IMG/VR virus record: IMGVR_UViG_3300032224_000518
Location: 1-53,725 of that record
DNA length: 53,725 nucleotides
From: a virus
Lineage: Duplodnaviria; Caudoviricetes
Reading direction: 5' to 3' (one strand)
Position 1 is the stretch's first letter; each line of letters begins with the position of its first letter. Shown here one piece after another: positions 16,377 to 26,631 of this stretch. A program made the translations under genes and the position numbers. The notes under the pieces were generated by a model. It searched no databases, was not told the DNA's origin, and saw only the letters and a program-made list of their open reading frames with translations.

Positions 16377-17570
16377 ATGGGAATATTCGACAGCATAACC
16401 AATAAAGTGCAGGGCTATGCAGACCAAGCCAAAAACGCTGCCAACAATGTTAAGTCTAATTTTAGCGCAAATACTGGAGCTGGTTCTTCTTTATATCAAC
16501 AGCGTAAAGATAGTAAAGGAACATTAAGTCAGTATGATCTAACACATCACTCGTTTCCTTCTGATATTACCAACTCTGCAGATTATGGGGGAAACTATGT
16601 TATATTTTACATTAACGTAAACGTAGATTCAAAATTTTTAAAAGATAAGAACCCAGCTACCATACCTGATAATATGGTTAAACGTGATCTTGGTGGATTA
16701 AGAGCAATAAATCAAAAGATGTTTGGCGATCAAGCAACTGCTGCTCAGAAAACAGGTTTTGTTGCACTTAATGCAGCTGGTCAAGCATTAAGTGGAGCAG
16801 GTGCTGGTTTATTAGCAAAAGGTCCAGTAGGTGCAGTGCTTGGGGCTGGAGCAAATGCTGGTCCAGCTGCTATTGGTATTGGCGCAGCAATGTCGCAAAC
16901 AAGCACACTTTCTCGTGCACAGAAAAGATTAAAAACTGCCATTGCTTTGTATATTCCAAATCAGTTAAGTATTAGATATGGTATGCAATGGTCAGAAGAA
17001 GATACCTTTGCGTATCAAGCTGCAGCAGGTGGTGCAGAAGCAGCTATGAAAGCATTCGCTACTGGTGGATCTGCTGGTCTTGGAGAAGGTTTAGGGCAAG
17101 GTGCACCTGTAATTGCAGCTATGGGATTGAAGAGTGATAAACAAGGTGCAGCTGCTTCTGCTGCAACTGGTCTAGCAGCAAACCCAAAGAAAGAACAAGT
17201 ATTTAAGGGAGTTGATTATAGAACGTTCCAGTTTGACTATCAGTTCTTTCCCAGAGACCCTACTGAAGCTGCAAACGTAATGGAAATTATTAATGCATTT
17301 AAACTTCACATGCATCCAGAGTTTAAAGATCCCAATGAATTTTTATACGTTTACCCTTCTGAGTTTGATGTTGAATATTGGCAAAATGGTGGACTGAATC
17401 CCTATGTTCATAGACATACTTCTTGTGTATTGACTGAGATGAATGTAAACTATACACCGAACGGACAGTTTAACACATTTGCAAATGGTATGCCAACACA
17501 GATTAATATTACACTTCAGTTCCGTGAACTCTCTCTACTAACAAAACAGAAAATTGAGGATGGTCTATAA
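16377..17570 (+). CDS. gp48: Baseplate tail-tube cap gp48
   Basis: IALYIP, NPKKEQVFKGVDYRTFQFDYQFFP, CVLTEMNVNYTP. Confidence 0.88.
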   Translation: MGIFDSITNKVQGYADQAKNAANNVKSNFSANTGAGSSLYQQRKDSKGTLSQYDLTHHSFPSDITNSADYGGNYVIFYINVNVDSKFLKDKNPATIPDNMVKRDLGGLRAINQKMFGDQATAAQKTGFVALNAAGQALSGAGAGLLAKGPVGAVLGAGANAGPAAIGIGAAMSQTSTLSRAQKRLKTAIALYIPNQLSIRYGMQWSEEDTFAYQAAAGGAEAAMKAFATGGSAGLGEGLGQGAPVIAAMGLKSDKQGAAASAATGLAANPKKEQVFKGVDYRTFQFDYQFFPRDPTEAANVMEIINAFKLHMHPEFKDPNEFLYVYPSEFDVEYWQNGGLNPYVHRHTSCVLTEMNVNYTPNGQFNTFANGMPTQINITLQFRELSLLTKQKIEDGL

Positions 17571-18061
17571 TGTATTTTGAAAAATTCCCAACTTTTATGT
17601 ATGATTTTGAGATAACTCCAGGAAAAGAAAGAGTTACCTATGCAATAACTGATATCACTCGTAACATTCGTTTTCGCAGAGACGTACTGGCAAATATTTC
17701 AGTTTATGATACATATAATGTTGTAAGTGGTGAAACTCCAGAAATTCTTGCTGAACGATTTTATGGAGATTCAAATTTACACTGGGTTATAATGTTAGCC
17801 AATCAAAGATATGATTACAGAAACGACTGGTTGATGGATACACCAGCACTAGAAAAATATATTACAGAAAAATATAATGATCCTTATGCGATACATCACT
17901 ATGAGGCTAATAATTTAATTGTTTCATATGATTATCCAAATGCTCAACCAGTTACTAACTGGGAATATGAAGATAATGTTAATGAATCTAAAAGAACAAT
18001 TAAAGTTGTTTCTCCAGAACTATTAAATATAGTATTAAAGAACTTTGAAGATATAATCTAA
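17570..18061 (+). CDS. gp53: Baseplate wedge gp53
   Basis: MYFEKFP, GETPEILAERFYGDSNLHWVIMLAN, HHYE, NESKRTIK. Confidence 0.92.
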   Translation: MYFEKFPTFMYDFEITPGKERVTYAITDITRNIRFRRDVLANISVYDTYNVVSGETPEILAERFYGDSNLHWVIMLANQRYDYRNDWLMDTPALEKYITEKYNDPYAIHHYEANNLIVSYDYPNAQPVTNWEYEDNVNESKRTIKVVSPELLNIVLKNFEDII

Positions 18062-19344
18062 TGGCAGAAGAAACATTAAGATTTGCTGGTGACGTTGATA
18101 TAGTCAAAGCTACAATTATATCATCACGTGGTCTTGGGCAAAATGTATTAAATCAAATTAAAGGTATACAGATATTTGAAGATCTGTTATCGCCATTCAT
18201 CACAGGTACGATTATTTTAAAAGATTCTCTTGATCTTGCCAATCTATTTCCATTTATTGGTGAAGAGTATCTTGAATTAAATATAAAAACTCCTACCTTA
18301 AAGAAAGGTAATTTGGATGGTAAATTTTATATTTACAAAATGACTGATAGAAATATGCTGGGTGACAGAAGTGTAGGTTATCAATTACATTTTATAAACC
18401 AGTATGCTCTTATCGATCTAAACAAATCAATAAGTAAAACATTTTCTGGTAAAGTTTCTGATATAGTCAAAACTTTATTAACAGATAAAGTAAATGGATT
18501 ACAATTAGAAACAAATCGGTATACTATTGAAGAAACTAAAAATTCAACCAAGTATACTTCTAATTTTTGGTCTCCTGTAAAAAATCTATTATATTTAACA
18601 GAAAATTCAGTTAACGTAGATAACTCTCCTAGTTTTACATTGTTTGAAAATCGCGATGGGATTAATTTTTTATCACTTGCTTGGTTATACAAACAACCTG
18701 TAGTACAACAATTTGTATATGATAATTATTCCAGAGACGATCGTAATCTTAGTGGGTCTATTAAAAACTTAGAAGAAGATTATAAAAGAATTTCAAAATT
18801 AGTAATTCCAACTGGGGTTGACTATATGGATAGAATTACCTCAGGAATTTATGGATCAAGAATGTATACTCATGATATCTTGTCCAAGAAAATATCAAGT
18901 AATAATTTTGATATGTTGCAATCATTTAAACAGAAACCTCATTTAAATGAATTCCCTGCAGCGTCAAGTAAAGTAGTTTATAGGTATGGATCTAAAACTA
19001 TTTTCTCTCCAAAATATTATAATAACTTTAGTAATTTTGGAGATGTTACTAATACTAGTTTTATTCAAGAAAGAATGTCTTTATTGAAACAAGCTGAATC
19101 TACTAAAGTAGAAATTACAATTCCTGGTAGATGGGATTATACAGTTGGTAAAAAAGTTTATTTAAAATTAAACAAAGTAGAACCAACAACTAAATCAGAT
19201 AAAGATACTCTTGACAAATTATTCTCAGGAAATTATCTTATATCTGCTATTAATCATTTTATAACACGTGAAATGCATGAATGTACTATGGAATTGATTA
19301 AAGATTCGTTATTAATAAATTTGGATACTGGAGATAAGAAGTAA
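18061..19344 (+). CDS. Baseplate hub protein (gp27-like)
   Basis: Lies between gp53 and gp5; IFEDLLSPFITG, LFENRDG, SGNYLISAINH. Confidence 0.7.
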   Translation: MAEETLRFAGDVDIVKATIISSRGLGQNVLNQIKGIQIFEDLLSPFITGTIILKDSLDLANLFPFIGEEYLELNIKTPTLKKGNLDGKFYIYKMTDRNMLGDRSVGYQLHFINQYALIDLNKSISKTFSGKVSDIVKTLLTDKVNGLQLETNRYTIEETKNSTKYTSNFWSPVKNLLYLTENSVNVDNSPSFTLFENRDGINFLSLAWLYKQPVVQQFVYDNYSRDDRNLSGSIKNLEEDYKRISKLVIPTGVDYMDRITSGIYGSRMYTHDILSKKISSNNFDMLQSFKQKPHLNEFPAASSKVVYRYGSKTIFSPKYYNNFSNFGDVTNTSFIQERMSLLKQAESTKVEITIPGRWDYTVGKKVYLKLNKVEPTTKSDKDTLDKLFSGNYLISAINHFITREMHECTMELIKDSLLINLDTGDKK

Positions 19345-22277
19345 TGCAATTATATACTGGCGTAGTTGAAAATAGAAATGACCCACTAAAACTTGGTAGA
19401 TGTCAAGTTAGAATTACTGGATTACACACAGAAAATAAATCTATATTACCAACAGACGATTTACCTTGGGCTTATCCAATTCAGCCACTAATCTCAGCAG
19501 CAATGAATGGTATTGGATGGTCACCTGTTGGACCTGTTTGTGGAACATGGGTTGTTATTTCTTTTAGAGATGATGATTTACAACAACCAATTATGCTCGG
19601 TACTATTGGTGGTATCCCACAATCAACAGCAGGCGCATATGCTGCAGCTGATTCAGATGATGCTATTATTGCTACTAATGGTGGTGTTCTTACAGATGGT
19701 GAAGGAAACCCAGTAACGGATGGTAGCGGAAATCCTATTCAGGTTGGAACACAAGAGTCTAGTAATGTAGTATCACCAAATATTCCATCTGTAAAGACAG
19801 CACCAAAAGTAAATAATACAGAACAAAAAGTTCCAAACGCAGCGACACAAGATACTTTATCAAAAGCAATTCCTTTCGATCCACCACCATGGGCAGGTGT
19901 TTCCAATAAAGCGCAAGTTAAAGCAAATATTGCAGCAATCATCGCTGCTTGTGATGAACTGGGAATGACTAGTAAATATGCTAAAGCAGGAATATTGGCA
20001 ATCGCTGGTGGTGAAACACTTTGGCAACCTATTGAAGAAGGTCACTATTATAGTAGTGCTGAGTATCTCAAAAAAACATTTGGTCATACCTTTAAAACTG
20101 TTGAAGAAGCTCAACCATATGTTAAATGGCAAGGAACTAAAAAAGACTGGTTCAATGTTATTTACAGACCATCAGGTAATGGTAAATTAGTTTCAAACAC
20201 TCAACCAAATGATGGTGGTGATTTTTATGGTCGTGGATATATTCAGATAACTGGTAGAGGTGGCTATCAGCAGATGCAAAATTTTTTGAAGAAACAAGGA
20301 ATTACTATTGATCTAATGAACAACCCATCATCAATTATTGGTGATGCTAGAACATCTGCACTGGCTTGTGTTGGGTTTTTTAAAATGAATGTCAAAACGC
20401 CACAGGATGATCCAGGGTTTTTTATAGCAGCACGAGCAAGGTGTGGAGCTGATGCTGGCGGTGGTTATGCTAAGAAAGAAAAATATTATAATTATTTCCT
20501 TGGGCAAGATTTAACCACAACTTCTACTAACAAACCTGCAGCAGACGATCAAAAAGTTTATACTAAAGAAGAAGTTAAAGATCTACCACCTGCAAAACAA
20601 ACAGCATTACTAGAAGATAGAAGCGCAAATCAAAGTGTTGGTTTCGTAGACCCGTCTGGAAAATATCCACTCCGTAACTTGATGGATGAGCCAGATACTA
20701 ATAGATTGGCACGTGGTATTATTAAAGAAACTGCAATTGAATTTAAAGATTCTACTAGAACCCAAGATATAGAAGCTGCAAACGGAGCAGACACATGGGA
20801 GCAACCTTTAGCACCATTTGGTGGTGTTTATCCTTACAATAAAATTTTTGAAAGTGAAGGTGGTCACATCCAGCAATTTGATGATACACCAACTAATGAA
20901 ACATTAAGTTTATATCATCGAGCAGGTTCTTTCCTTGAGTGGGATGCTAATGGTACTCAAGTTAATAAAATTATCGGAGATGGTTATACAATTTATGATA
21001 GAAATGGATTTATTAGTATTGTCGGAAAGGCAAATTTAACAGTTGGACAAGGTGTTAATATTTACGTAAAAGGTGCTGCAGACATTCAAGTAGATGGTCC
21101 ATCTACAATTAATCTGAATAATAATGCAGACATTGGTGTTGGTGGAGATTTAAATGTTGCTGTCGGTGGCAACATACAAGTTTCTGCTGGTGGTTCGATT
21201 GATATGAAAGCAGGAACTAAATTTGGTATTGAAGCTGCTTCAACAATCACTAATAAAGCTGGAACAACTTTTGGTTTAACTGCTGGTGAAAATGTTAGTA
21301 TGAAAGCTGCTGGCAAGTTTTATGCTGATTCCGCTGGCGATACGCATATTCATGCTGCAGGTGCTGTGTATAATACAGCAGGTGGAGATAATCATATCCG
21401 TGCAGGTGGAAATATTAATGTTGATGGTACCCAATTCCATGGACAAGAAGGTGCTGCTGGAACTGCCGATGGTGCACCAGCAGTGGAAGCAAATGCTGTT
21501 GATCTAACTGCTCCAGATTTCCAAAATGGATCTAAAAATACAATATCAATTTTATCAACACCTGTTAGACCAAGTCCACCTGTTCTAGAGAAAAAACAAA
21601 TAACTGATGATAATAGTGCTAGAGTAGAAGATTATATAAAAACTCCTGATAAATATTATAATAAAGAAGCCGAAGCAGTTGGATCTAAACCAAACGTGCC
21701 ACCACCACCAAAAGATAGTGGAACAGGACAAAGTTTAATTTCTGGAGCACAAGCCAGCGATTTATATGCTTGGTTAACTAAACATCTCGAAGCTGCAGGA
21801 ACTGGTTACTGGAGAGAAACTGGGCAGAATAGTAAACCAAGTAATCCAAACATTTTACGCATTTGGCAAGATCTTGGATATAAAGGTGCATATTGGGAAA
21901 CCGATCAAACTCCATGGTGTATGGGATTTGTTGCTTGGTCATTAAAACAATGTGGATATCGTTATTATCAAACAGCATCCTCTTGGGCAATTAGAGACGC
22001 AACAGCTAAGTTTGGTGCTACAAAGGTAGACAATTATGCTGATGCACAGCCAGGAGATATCGCTTTATTTAAAGCAGGACACGTAGCATTTGTTTACAGA
22101 AATAAAGGTGGACTTTTAAGTTTCGTTGGTGGTAATCAAATGCCTGGAAAGGGAGTTGGTCCACCAGTTAGAGATCCTAAAAATGATGGTGATGTTTCTG
22201 AGTCTTATATTGGACCTTGTTATTCAGATTCAAGATTTGGTCAGTTGGTTGGTATATGGAGACCGAGTAAAGCATAA
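19344..22277 (+). CDS. gp5: Baseplate central spike gp5 with inserted GH19-like lysozyme and C-terminal CHAP/NlpC-like domain
   Basis: OB-fold GVVENRNDPLKLGRCQVR; YGRGYIQITG; YPYNKIFESEGGHIQQFDDTP; beta-helix repeats; PWCMGFV...GHVAF...GGNQ. Confidence 0.9.
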   Translation: MQLYTGVVENRNDPLKLGRCQVRITGLHTENKSILPTDDLPWAYPIQPLISAAMNGIGWSPVGPVCGTWVVISFRDDDLQQPIMLGTIGGIPQSTAGAYAAADSDDAIIATNGGVLTDGEGNPVTDGSGNPIQVGTQESSNVVSPNIPSVKTAPKVNNTEQKVPNAATQDTLSKAIPFDPPPWAGVSNKAQVKANIAAIIAACDELGMTSKYAKAGILAIAGGETLWQPIEEGHYYSSAEYLKKTFGHTFKTVEEAQPYVKWQGTKKDWFNVIYRPSGNGKLVSNTQPNDGGDFYGRGYIQITGRGGYQQMQNFLKKQGITIDLMNNPSSIIGDARTSALACVGFFKMNVKTPQDDPGFFIAARARCGADAGGGYAKKEKYYNYFLGQDLTTTSTNKPAADDQKVYTKEEVKDLPPAKQTALLEDRSANQSVGFVDPSGKYPLRNLMDEPDTNRLARGIIKETAIEFKDSTRTQDIEAANGADTWEQPLAPFGGVYPYNKIFESEGGHIQQFDDTPTNETLSLYHRAGSFLEWDANGTQVNKIIGDGYTIYDRNGFISIVGKANLTVGQGVNIYVKGAADIQVDGPSTINLNNNADIGVGGDLNVAVGGNIQVSAGGSIDMKAGTKFGIEAASTITNKAGTTFGLTAGENVSMKAAGKFYADSAGDTHIHAAGAVYNTAGGDNHIRAGGNINVDGTQFHGQEGAAGTADGAPAVEANAVDLTAPDFQNGSKNTISILSTPVRPSPPVLEKKQITDDNSARVEDYIKTPDKYYNKEAEAVGSKPNVPPPPKDSGTGQSLISGAQASDLYAWLTKHLEAAGTGYWRETGQNSKPSNPNILRIWQDLGYKGAYWETDQTPWCMGFVAWSLKQCGYRYYQTASSWAIRDATAKFGATKVDNYADAQPGDIALFKAGHVAFVYRNKGGLLSFVGGNQMPGKGVGPPVRDPKNDGDVSESYIGPCYSDSRFGQLVGIWRPSKA

Positions 22278-22579
22278 TGCCAGCAATAGCTACAGAAAAT
22301 AATTTATCAACTGGCGCAGACGGATATCCTCCGTCTTTACCCATTGGTCCATTTACTTCAACAGTCACTTTCGCCAACAGAAGGCTACAATGGCGTGGCA
22401 CGACAGTTTATAATGACCACCCAAACAGAGTCACTCATCATGGATCAAGGACAGTAAGATTATCCCAGAATACTCCTTCTACTATGTTTTTTGAGGGTAA
22501 ACCTATCGCCTTTGAGGGTGATTTTTTAGATGATAACGATACTATAGCACCTTTAGCTGGCAACACTTCTTTTGGATAG
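22277..22579 (+). CDS. Diverged PAAR-like spike tip (gp5.4-like)
   Basis: MPAIA...STG..GYPP, GKPIAFEGD; position between gp5 and gp25. Confidence 0.75.
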   Translation: MPAIATENNLSTGADGYPPSLPIGPFTSTVTFANRRLQWRGTTVYNDHPNRVTHHGSRTVRLSQNTPSTMFFEGKPIAFEGDFLDDNDTIAPLAGNTSFG

Positions 22580-22580
22580 A

Positions 22581-22587
22581 CTAAATA
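22581..22587 (+). promoter_or_regulatory. Late promoter motif CTAAATA for gp25
   Basis: Lies in a 12-bp gap, 4 nt upstream of the ATG. Confidence 0.65.
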
Positions 22588-22591
22588 ATAG

Positions 22592-22984
22592 ATGGCAACT
22601 AATACAAGAACATTCTCGGATTTAGATCTCAATTTCACTGCGCATCCTGTGACTAAAGATATCACTATGCGATATGATGAGAATGCGATTAAAACCAGTC
22701 TTAAAAATCTAATATTAACTTCTAACTATGAGCGTCCGTTTCATAGCGAGATCGGCACACCAATTAAACGTCTATTGTTTGAGCCAATGTCACCGATGAC
22801 AGATTTGCTCATTAGACAAGCAATTATAGATACTATTAATAACTTTGAACCACGTGTTAATTTGCTAGACGTTTCTTGTAAATCAAGCGAAGATACTAAT
22901 AATGTTCTTGTTTCTGTAACTTTTAAAATAGTAAATACTGTAACACCAATTAGTCTTACTGTAGCATTAGAGAGAACCCGATAA
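22592..22984 (+). CDS. gp25: Baseplate wedge gp25
   Basis: FSDLDLNF, ERPFHSEIG, NFEPRV. Confidence 0.93.
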   Translation: MATNTRTFSDLDLNFTAHPVTKDITMRYDENAIKTSLKNLILTSNYERPFHSEIGTPIKRLLFEPMSPMTDLLIRQAIIDTINNFEPRVNLLDVSCKSSEDTNNVLVSVTFKIVNTVTPISLTVALERTR

Positions 22985-24810
22985 TGGCAAATAAAAAAAT
23001 TAACGTAGCCGAACTAGACTTCGATGCTATTAAAACTAATTTAAAAACATTTTTAAAAGGACAATCAACCTTCCAAGATTATGATTTTGAAGGTTCTGGT
23101 ATGTCTATTTTAATGGATGTGTTAGCATATAATACTCATTATAATGCTCTTTATAATAACATGACTATTAATGAAATGTTTTTGGATTCAGCAAGTAAAA
23201 GAAACAGTGTAGTGTCTATTGCTAAATCCTTGGGATATATTCCTAGATCTGCTATTTGTTCTAAAGCTACAATATCTCTAACTGTTAATAGTACAACTAT
23301 TGGACCAAGTGCTTTAACTCTTCCAGCATATAGTTCTTTCTCAACTACAGTCAATGGTGTTGGTTATACATTTTATAACCCATCATCATATACTGTTACT
23401 GGATCTGGAACTCAATACACATTTCCAAACATTCAAATTATTGAAGGTACTCCACTAACATTTAACTGGGAAGTTTCTGACGGAGCAGTTTATGTTATTC
23501 CAAATAGCACTGTTGATTTAACAACATTAAAAGTTCAGGTACAAGAATCTGCGACTACTTCTCTGTTTACTACATATATTAATGCGTCAAACATTACTAC
23601 TGCAGATTCTACCTCTAAAATTTATTTCGTCAAAGAAATTGACGATGGTTTATATCAGATTACTTTCGGTGATGATATTATTGGCAAAAAATTAGATAAT
23701 GGTAATGTTGTTCATATTGAATATATGGCTTCTAATTTGGGTGCACCTAATGGCGCACGATTATTTAATTATACTGGATCGACATTAATTAATGGCGCAA
23801 GTACAACTATATCTACATCAGTACCTGCTACTGGTGGCGCAGCTGCTGAAGATATTGAGAGTATTCGTTTCAATGCTCCACGAACTTATGCTGCACAAAA
23901 TAGAGCAGTAACTCCAGAAGATTATAAAGCAGTTATTTACTCAGCTTTACCGAATGCCAAATCAGTTGCTGTTTGGGGCGGTGAAGATAACAATCCACCT
24001 GTATATGGTAAAATTTTCGTTTGCGTTAAACCTGTTGATGCAACTAAACTTACTACTGCTGAAAAATCAAATTTAATTTCTACTATTTTAAATAGTAAAA
24101 ACGTAGTATCAGTTCAACCAGAAATCGTTGATGCTGATTATATTAATATCGCTTTAAATGTAACAGCATATTACAATGATAGAGAGACAACTCGCACTGC
24201 CGATGAACTTAAAACTATTATTACAAATACAATTTTTGATTATGATACCAATGAGTTAGAAAGATTTGATGGAGTATTTAAATACTCCAAATTATCTCGT
24301 TTAGTTGATACTTGTGAACCATCTATCATTAGCAACATTACAACTGTGGCTCTACGTAGAAAAATGACTCCACGCTATAACGTATCTGCTCAGTATCTAA
24401 TTAATCTCATTAATCCAATTTTTTACTCTGAAGTTCCAGGTGGATCAATTTCTACCACAGGGTTTTATATTTCAGGTAGCGAAGAATTACATTACCTCGA
24501 TGACGATGGTAAAAATTTACGTTTAATTAAATACGGTTCAACTGCAAACAAAATTGTTGTTAATCCTCAGATCGGTTTTATTGATCATCTCGGTGGTGTG
24601 CTTGATATTCGTAACTTACATATTACAGCATTGGCTGATGTTGATTTTGAAATTTCAATTAAACCTGCATCGTTTGACGTTGTATCTGCTTTAACATCTA
24701 TCGCTCAGATAGCAAGAGACCATTTAGTTGTAAACGTCATCGCAGATAAAACTGCCAATGGTGATTTACGTGCTGGATATAATTACGTATTCTCAAATAG
24801 TGCTGCATAA
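22984..24810 (+). CDS. gp6: Baseplate wedge gp6
   Basis: LDFDAIKTNL, DYDFEGSGM, LAYNTHYNA, QNRAVTPEDY, WGGEDNNPPVYGK. Confidence 0.95.
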   Translation: MANKKINVAELDFDAIKTNLKTFLKGQSTFQDYDFEGSGMSILMDVLAYNTHYNALYNNMTINEMFLDSASKRNSVVSIAKSLGYIPRSAICSKATISLTVNSTTIGPSALTLPAYSSFSTTVNGVGYTFYNPSSYTVTGSGTQYTFPNIQIIEGTPLTFNWEVSDGAVYVIPNSTVDLTTLKVQVQESATTSLFTTYINASNITTADSTSKIYFVKEIDDGLYQITFGDDIIGKKLDNGNVVHIEYMASNLGAPNGARLFNYTGSTLINGASTTISTSVPATGGAAAEDIESIRFNAPRTYAAQNRAVTPEDYKAVIYSALPNAKSVAVWGGEDNNPPVYGKIFVCVKPVDATKLTTAEKSNLISTILNSKNVVSVQPEIVDADYINIALNVTAYYNDRETTRTADELKTIITNTIFDYDTNELERFDGVFKYSKLSRLVDTCEPSIISNITTVALRRKMTPRYNVSAQYLINLINPIFYSEVPGGSISTTGFYISGSEELHYLDDDGKNLRLIKYGSTANKIVVNPQIGFIDHLGGVLDIRNLHITALADVDFEISIKPASFDVVSALTSIAQIARDHLVVNVIADKTANGDLRAGYNYVFSNSAA

Positions 24811-24812
24811 AA

Positions 24813-26621
24813 ATGTCATTAAAACCAAAAGTTTCAGCATTAATCTCATCGCAGGTTCCTGAATTTGTCAAGGAAGATAATGCTACGTTTGTAGCATTCT
24901 TACAAGCGTATTATGATTATCTTGAAACACAATCTCCTGATATAAAAGATCTTAGAAATTTAGATACAACTCTTGATGGGTTTATTAAATATTTTAAAGA
25001 TGAGTTGGCTCATAACATGCCAGCTGTTGCGAATCCAAGATTTGTTTTACAACACATTAAAGATCAGTATCTAGCCAAAGGTGCAGAGTCATCATTTAAA
25101 TTATTGTTTCGATTATTTTTTGAAAAAGAAGTTTCTATTGATTATCCTGGAACTCAGATGCTTCGTGCTTCTGATGGTAAATGGAACCAAGACGTTTCTA
25201 TTATTGCACAGGTAACTAGTGGCCACCCAGATCAAATTGTTGGTAAATTAGTTGACGTTGTAACACCTACTAAGATTATTCGTGTCATGATTGACAGACG
25301 TCAGTATATTGAAATTGAAGTCGAACGTGCTGTTAAAATCTCAGAAGACATTTATGAATTTTATATCGATCGTCGCTTCTTCGGTAATATTTCTATTAAC
25401 GATAAACTTCGATATAAAACAGAAACAGTTTATTTTAGTGCAACTATTTTAGCAACCACTTCTAAATTACAAGTTCTGGCAGCAGGAACTGGTTTTAAAG
25501 TAGGACAGCTGTATAATATTAGGAACGGTAAAGGTACTGGTTCCATTATGAAAATCACTGCAGTTAATGGAGCTGGTGGTATAATTTCTGCGGAATTTAT
25601 TAAGTATGGAACTGGTTACTCTACAGATTTTACGTCAACGATTTACGCAGATTCAGGACAGACTACTGCAGGAACTGGTGGAACAAGTTTACAATTAATT
25701 GGTGCGCAGCTTTCTATCTCAGAGGGAACTGATGGTTTCACTGAAGCTGGCGCTATCAACAAATTTGACTATGCTGTTGGTAGTGCTATTGATGGTACTT
25801 ATGCTGGTCAAATTTTACGTGAATTTGGTGGCGACGCAACTGCAATCGTAAGTCTATATGACCCAGCTGTTATTAAAATTAGTTTAGGTCCGTTAGCAAA
25901 ATATCCAGGATATTATGTTAACAATGATGGTTTCTTGGACGATGCTATTTTTATTCAAGATAGTCGTTATTATCAAGCATTTTCATATGTTTTAAAAATT
26001 GATGAACGACTAGATCAGTACAAGTCTTTGGTTAAAACTTTATTGCACCCAGCTGGTATGGCTGTATTTGGTGAATATAGTGTATTAAATACTTTTGATA
26101 TTGGTATCCAACTAGAATCTATGATTAAGATTCTTGCTGTGAGCACTCGTGATAACGTGCTTACAACCGACCAGTTAACTAATCTTTTCTTAACCAAAGG
26201 ATTTGAAGATGCATACAGCGTTTCAAATGACTTTATATCTACTATAGGGTTTAGTAAAGCATTAAACGATTCGATAGATACCCCAACCGATGGTATTACT
26301 ACCAAAGGTTTTGGTAAGGGATTGTCTGATTCGATAGATACACCAACCGATAGTATTAATGCCAAAGATTTCGGTAAACGTCTAGATGATTTTCCATCTA
26401 TGGGCGATACTATTACAGCGAGAGATTTTGGTAAAGCATTGACAGATTTACCTGTTATTACTGAAATTCCTTTGCTAAGTGTGACTAAATATATTGATAA
26501 CACAGGATCAGGTGATGACAAATATACACCAGTAGATGGTGGAGGATATATGATTATTAACCCATACGTGGAAGCTGGATGGTTTTTAGAAAACTATGTT
26601 GGCGTCCCAATCAATTTTTAA
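24813..26621 (+). CDS. Baseplate wedge gp7-like
   Basis: QVPEFV, FLQAYY, KGAESSFKLLFR, IQDSRYYQAFSYVLK, LLHPAG; lies between gp6 and gp8. Confidence 0.8.
   Translation: MSLKPKVSALISSQVPEFVKEDNATFVAFLQAYYDYLETQSPDIKDLRNLDTTLDGFIKYFKDELAHNMPAVANPRFVLQHIKDQYLAKGAESSFKLLFRLFFEKEVSIDYPGTQMLRASDGKWNQDVSIIAQVTSGHPDQIVGKLVDVVTPTKIIRVMIDRRQYIEIEVERAVKISEDIYEFYIDRRFFGNISINDKLRYKTETVYFSATILATTSKLQVLAAGTGFKVGQLYNIRNGKGTGSIMKITAVNGAGGIISAEFIKYGTGYSTDFTSTIYADSGQTTAGTGGTSLQLIGAQLSISEGTDGFTEAGAINKFDYAVGSAIDGTYAGQILREFGGDATAIVSLYDPAVIKISLGPLAKYPGYYVNNDGFLDDAIFIQDSRYYQAFSYVLKIDERLDQYKSLVKTLLHPAGMAVFGEYSVLNTFDIGIQLESMIKILAVSTRDNVLTTDQLTNLFLTKGFEDAYSVSNDFISTIGFSKALNDSIDTPTDGITTKGFGKGLSDSIDTPTDSINAKDFGKRLDDFPSMGDTITARDFGKALTDLPVITEIPLLSVTKYIDNTGSGDDKYTPVDGGGYMIINPYVEAGWFLENYVGVPINF
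26190..26450 (+). repeat. Tandem ~19-20 aa coding repeats (F-x-K-x-L-x-D) in the gp7-like C-terminus
   Basis: GATTCGATAGATAC(C/A)CCAACCGAT at 26268 and 26328 (60-bp period), with degenerate flanking copies. Confidence 0.75.
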
Positions 26622-26631
26622 GGAGAATTTT

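Noticed and set aside
26015-26521. 168-aa minus-strand ORF and the other short antisense or alternate-frame ORFs inside structural genes
   Set aside because: Fully nested opposite well-supported genes; composition mirrors sense-strand codon bias
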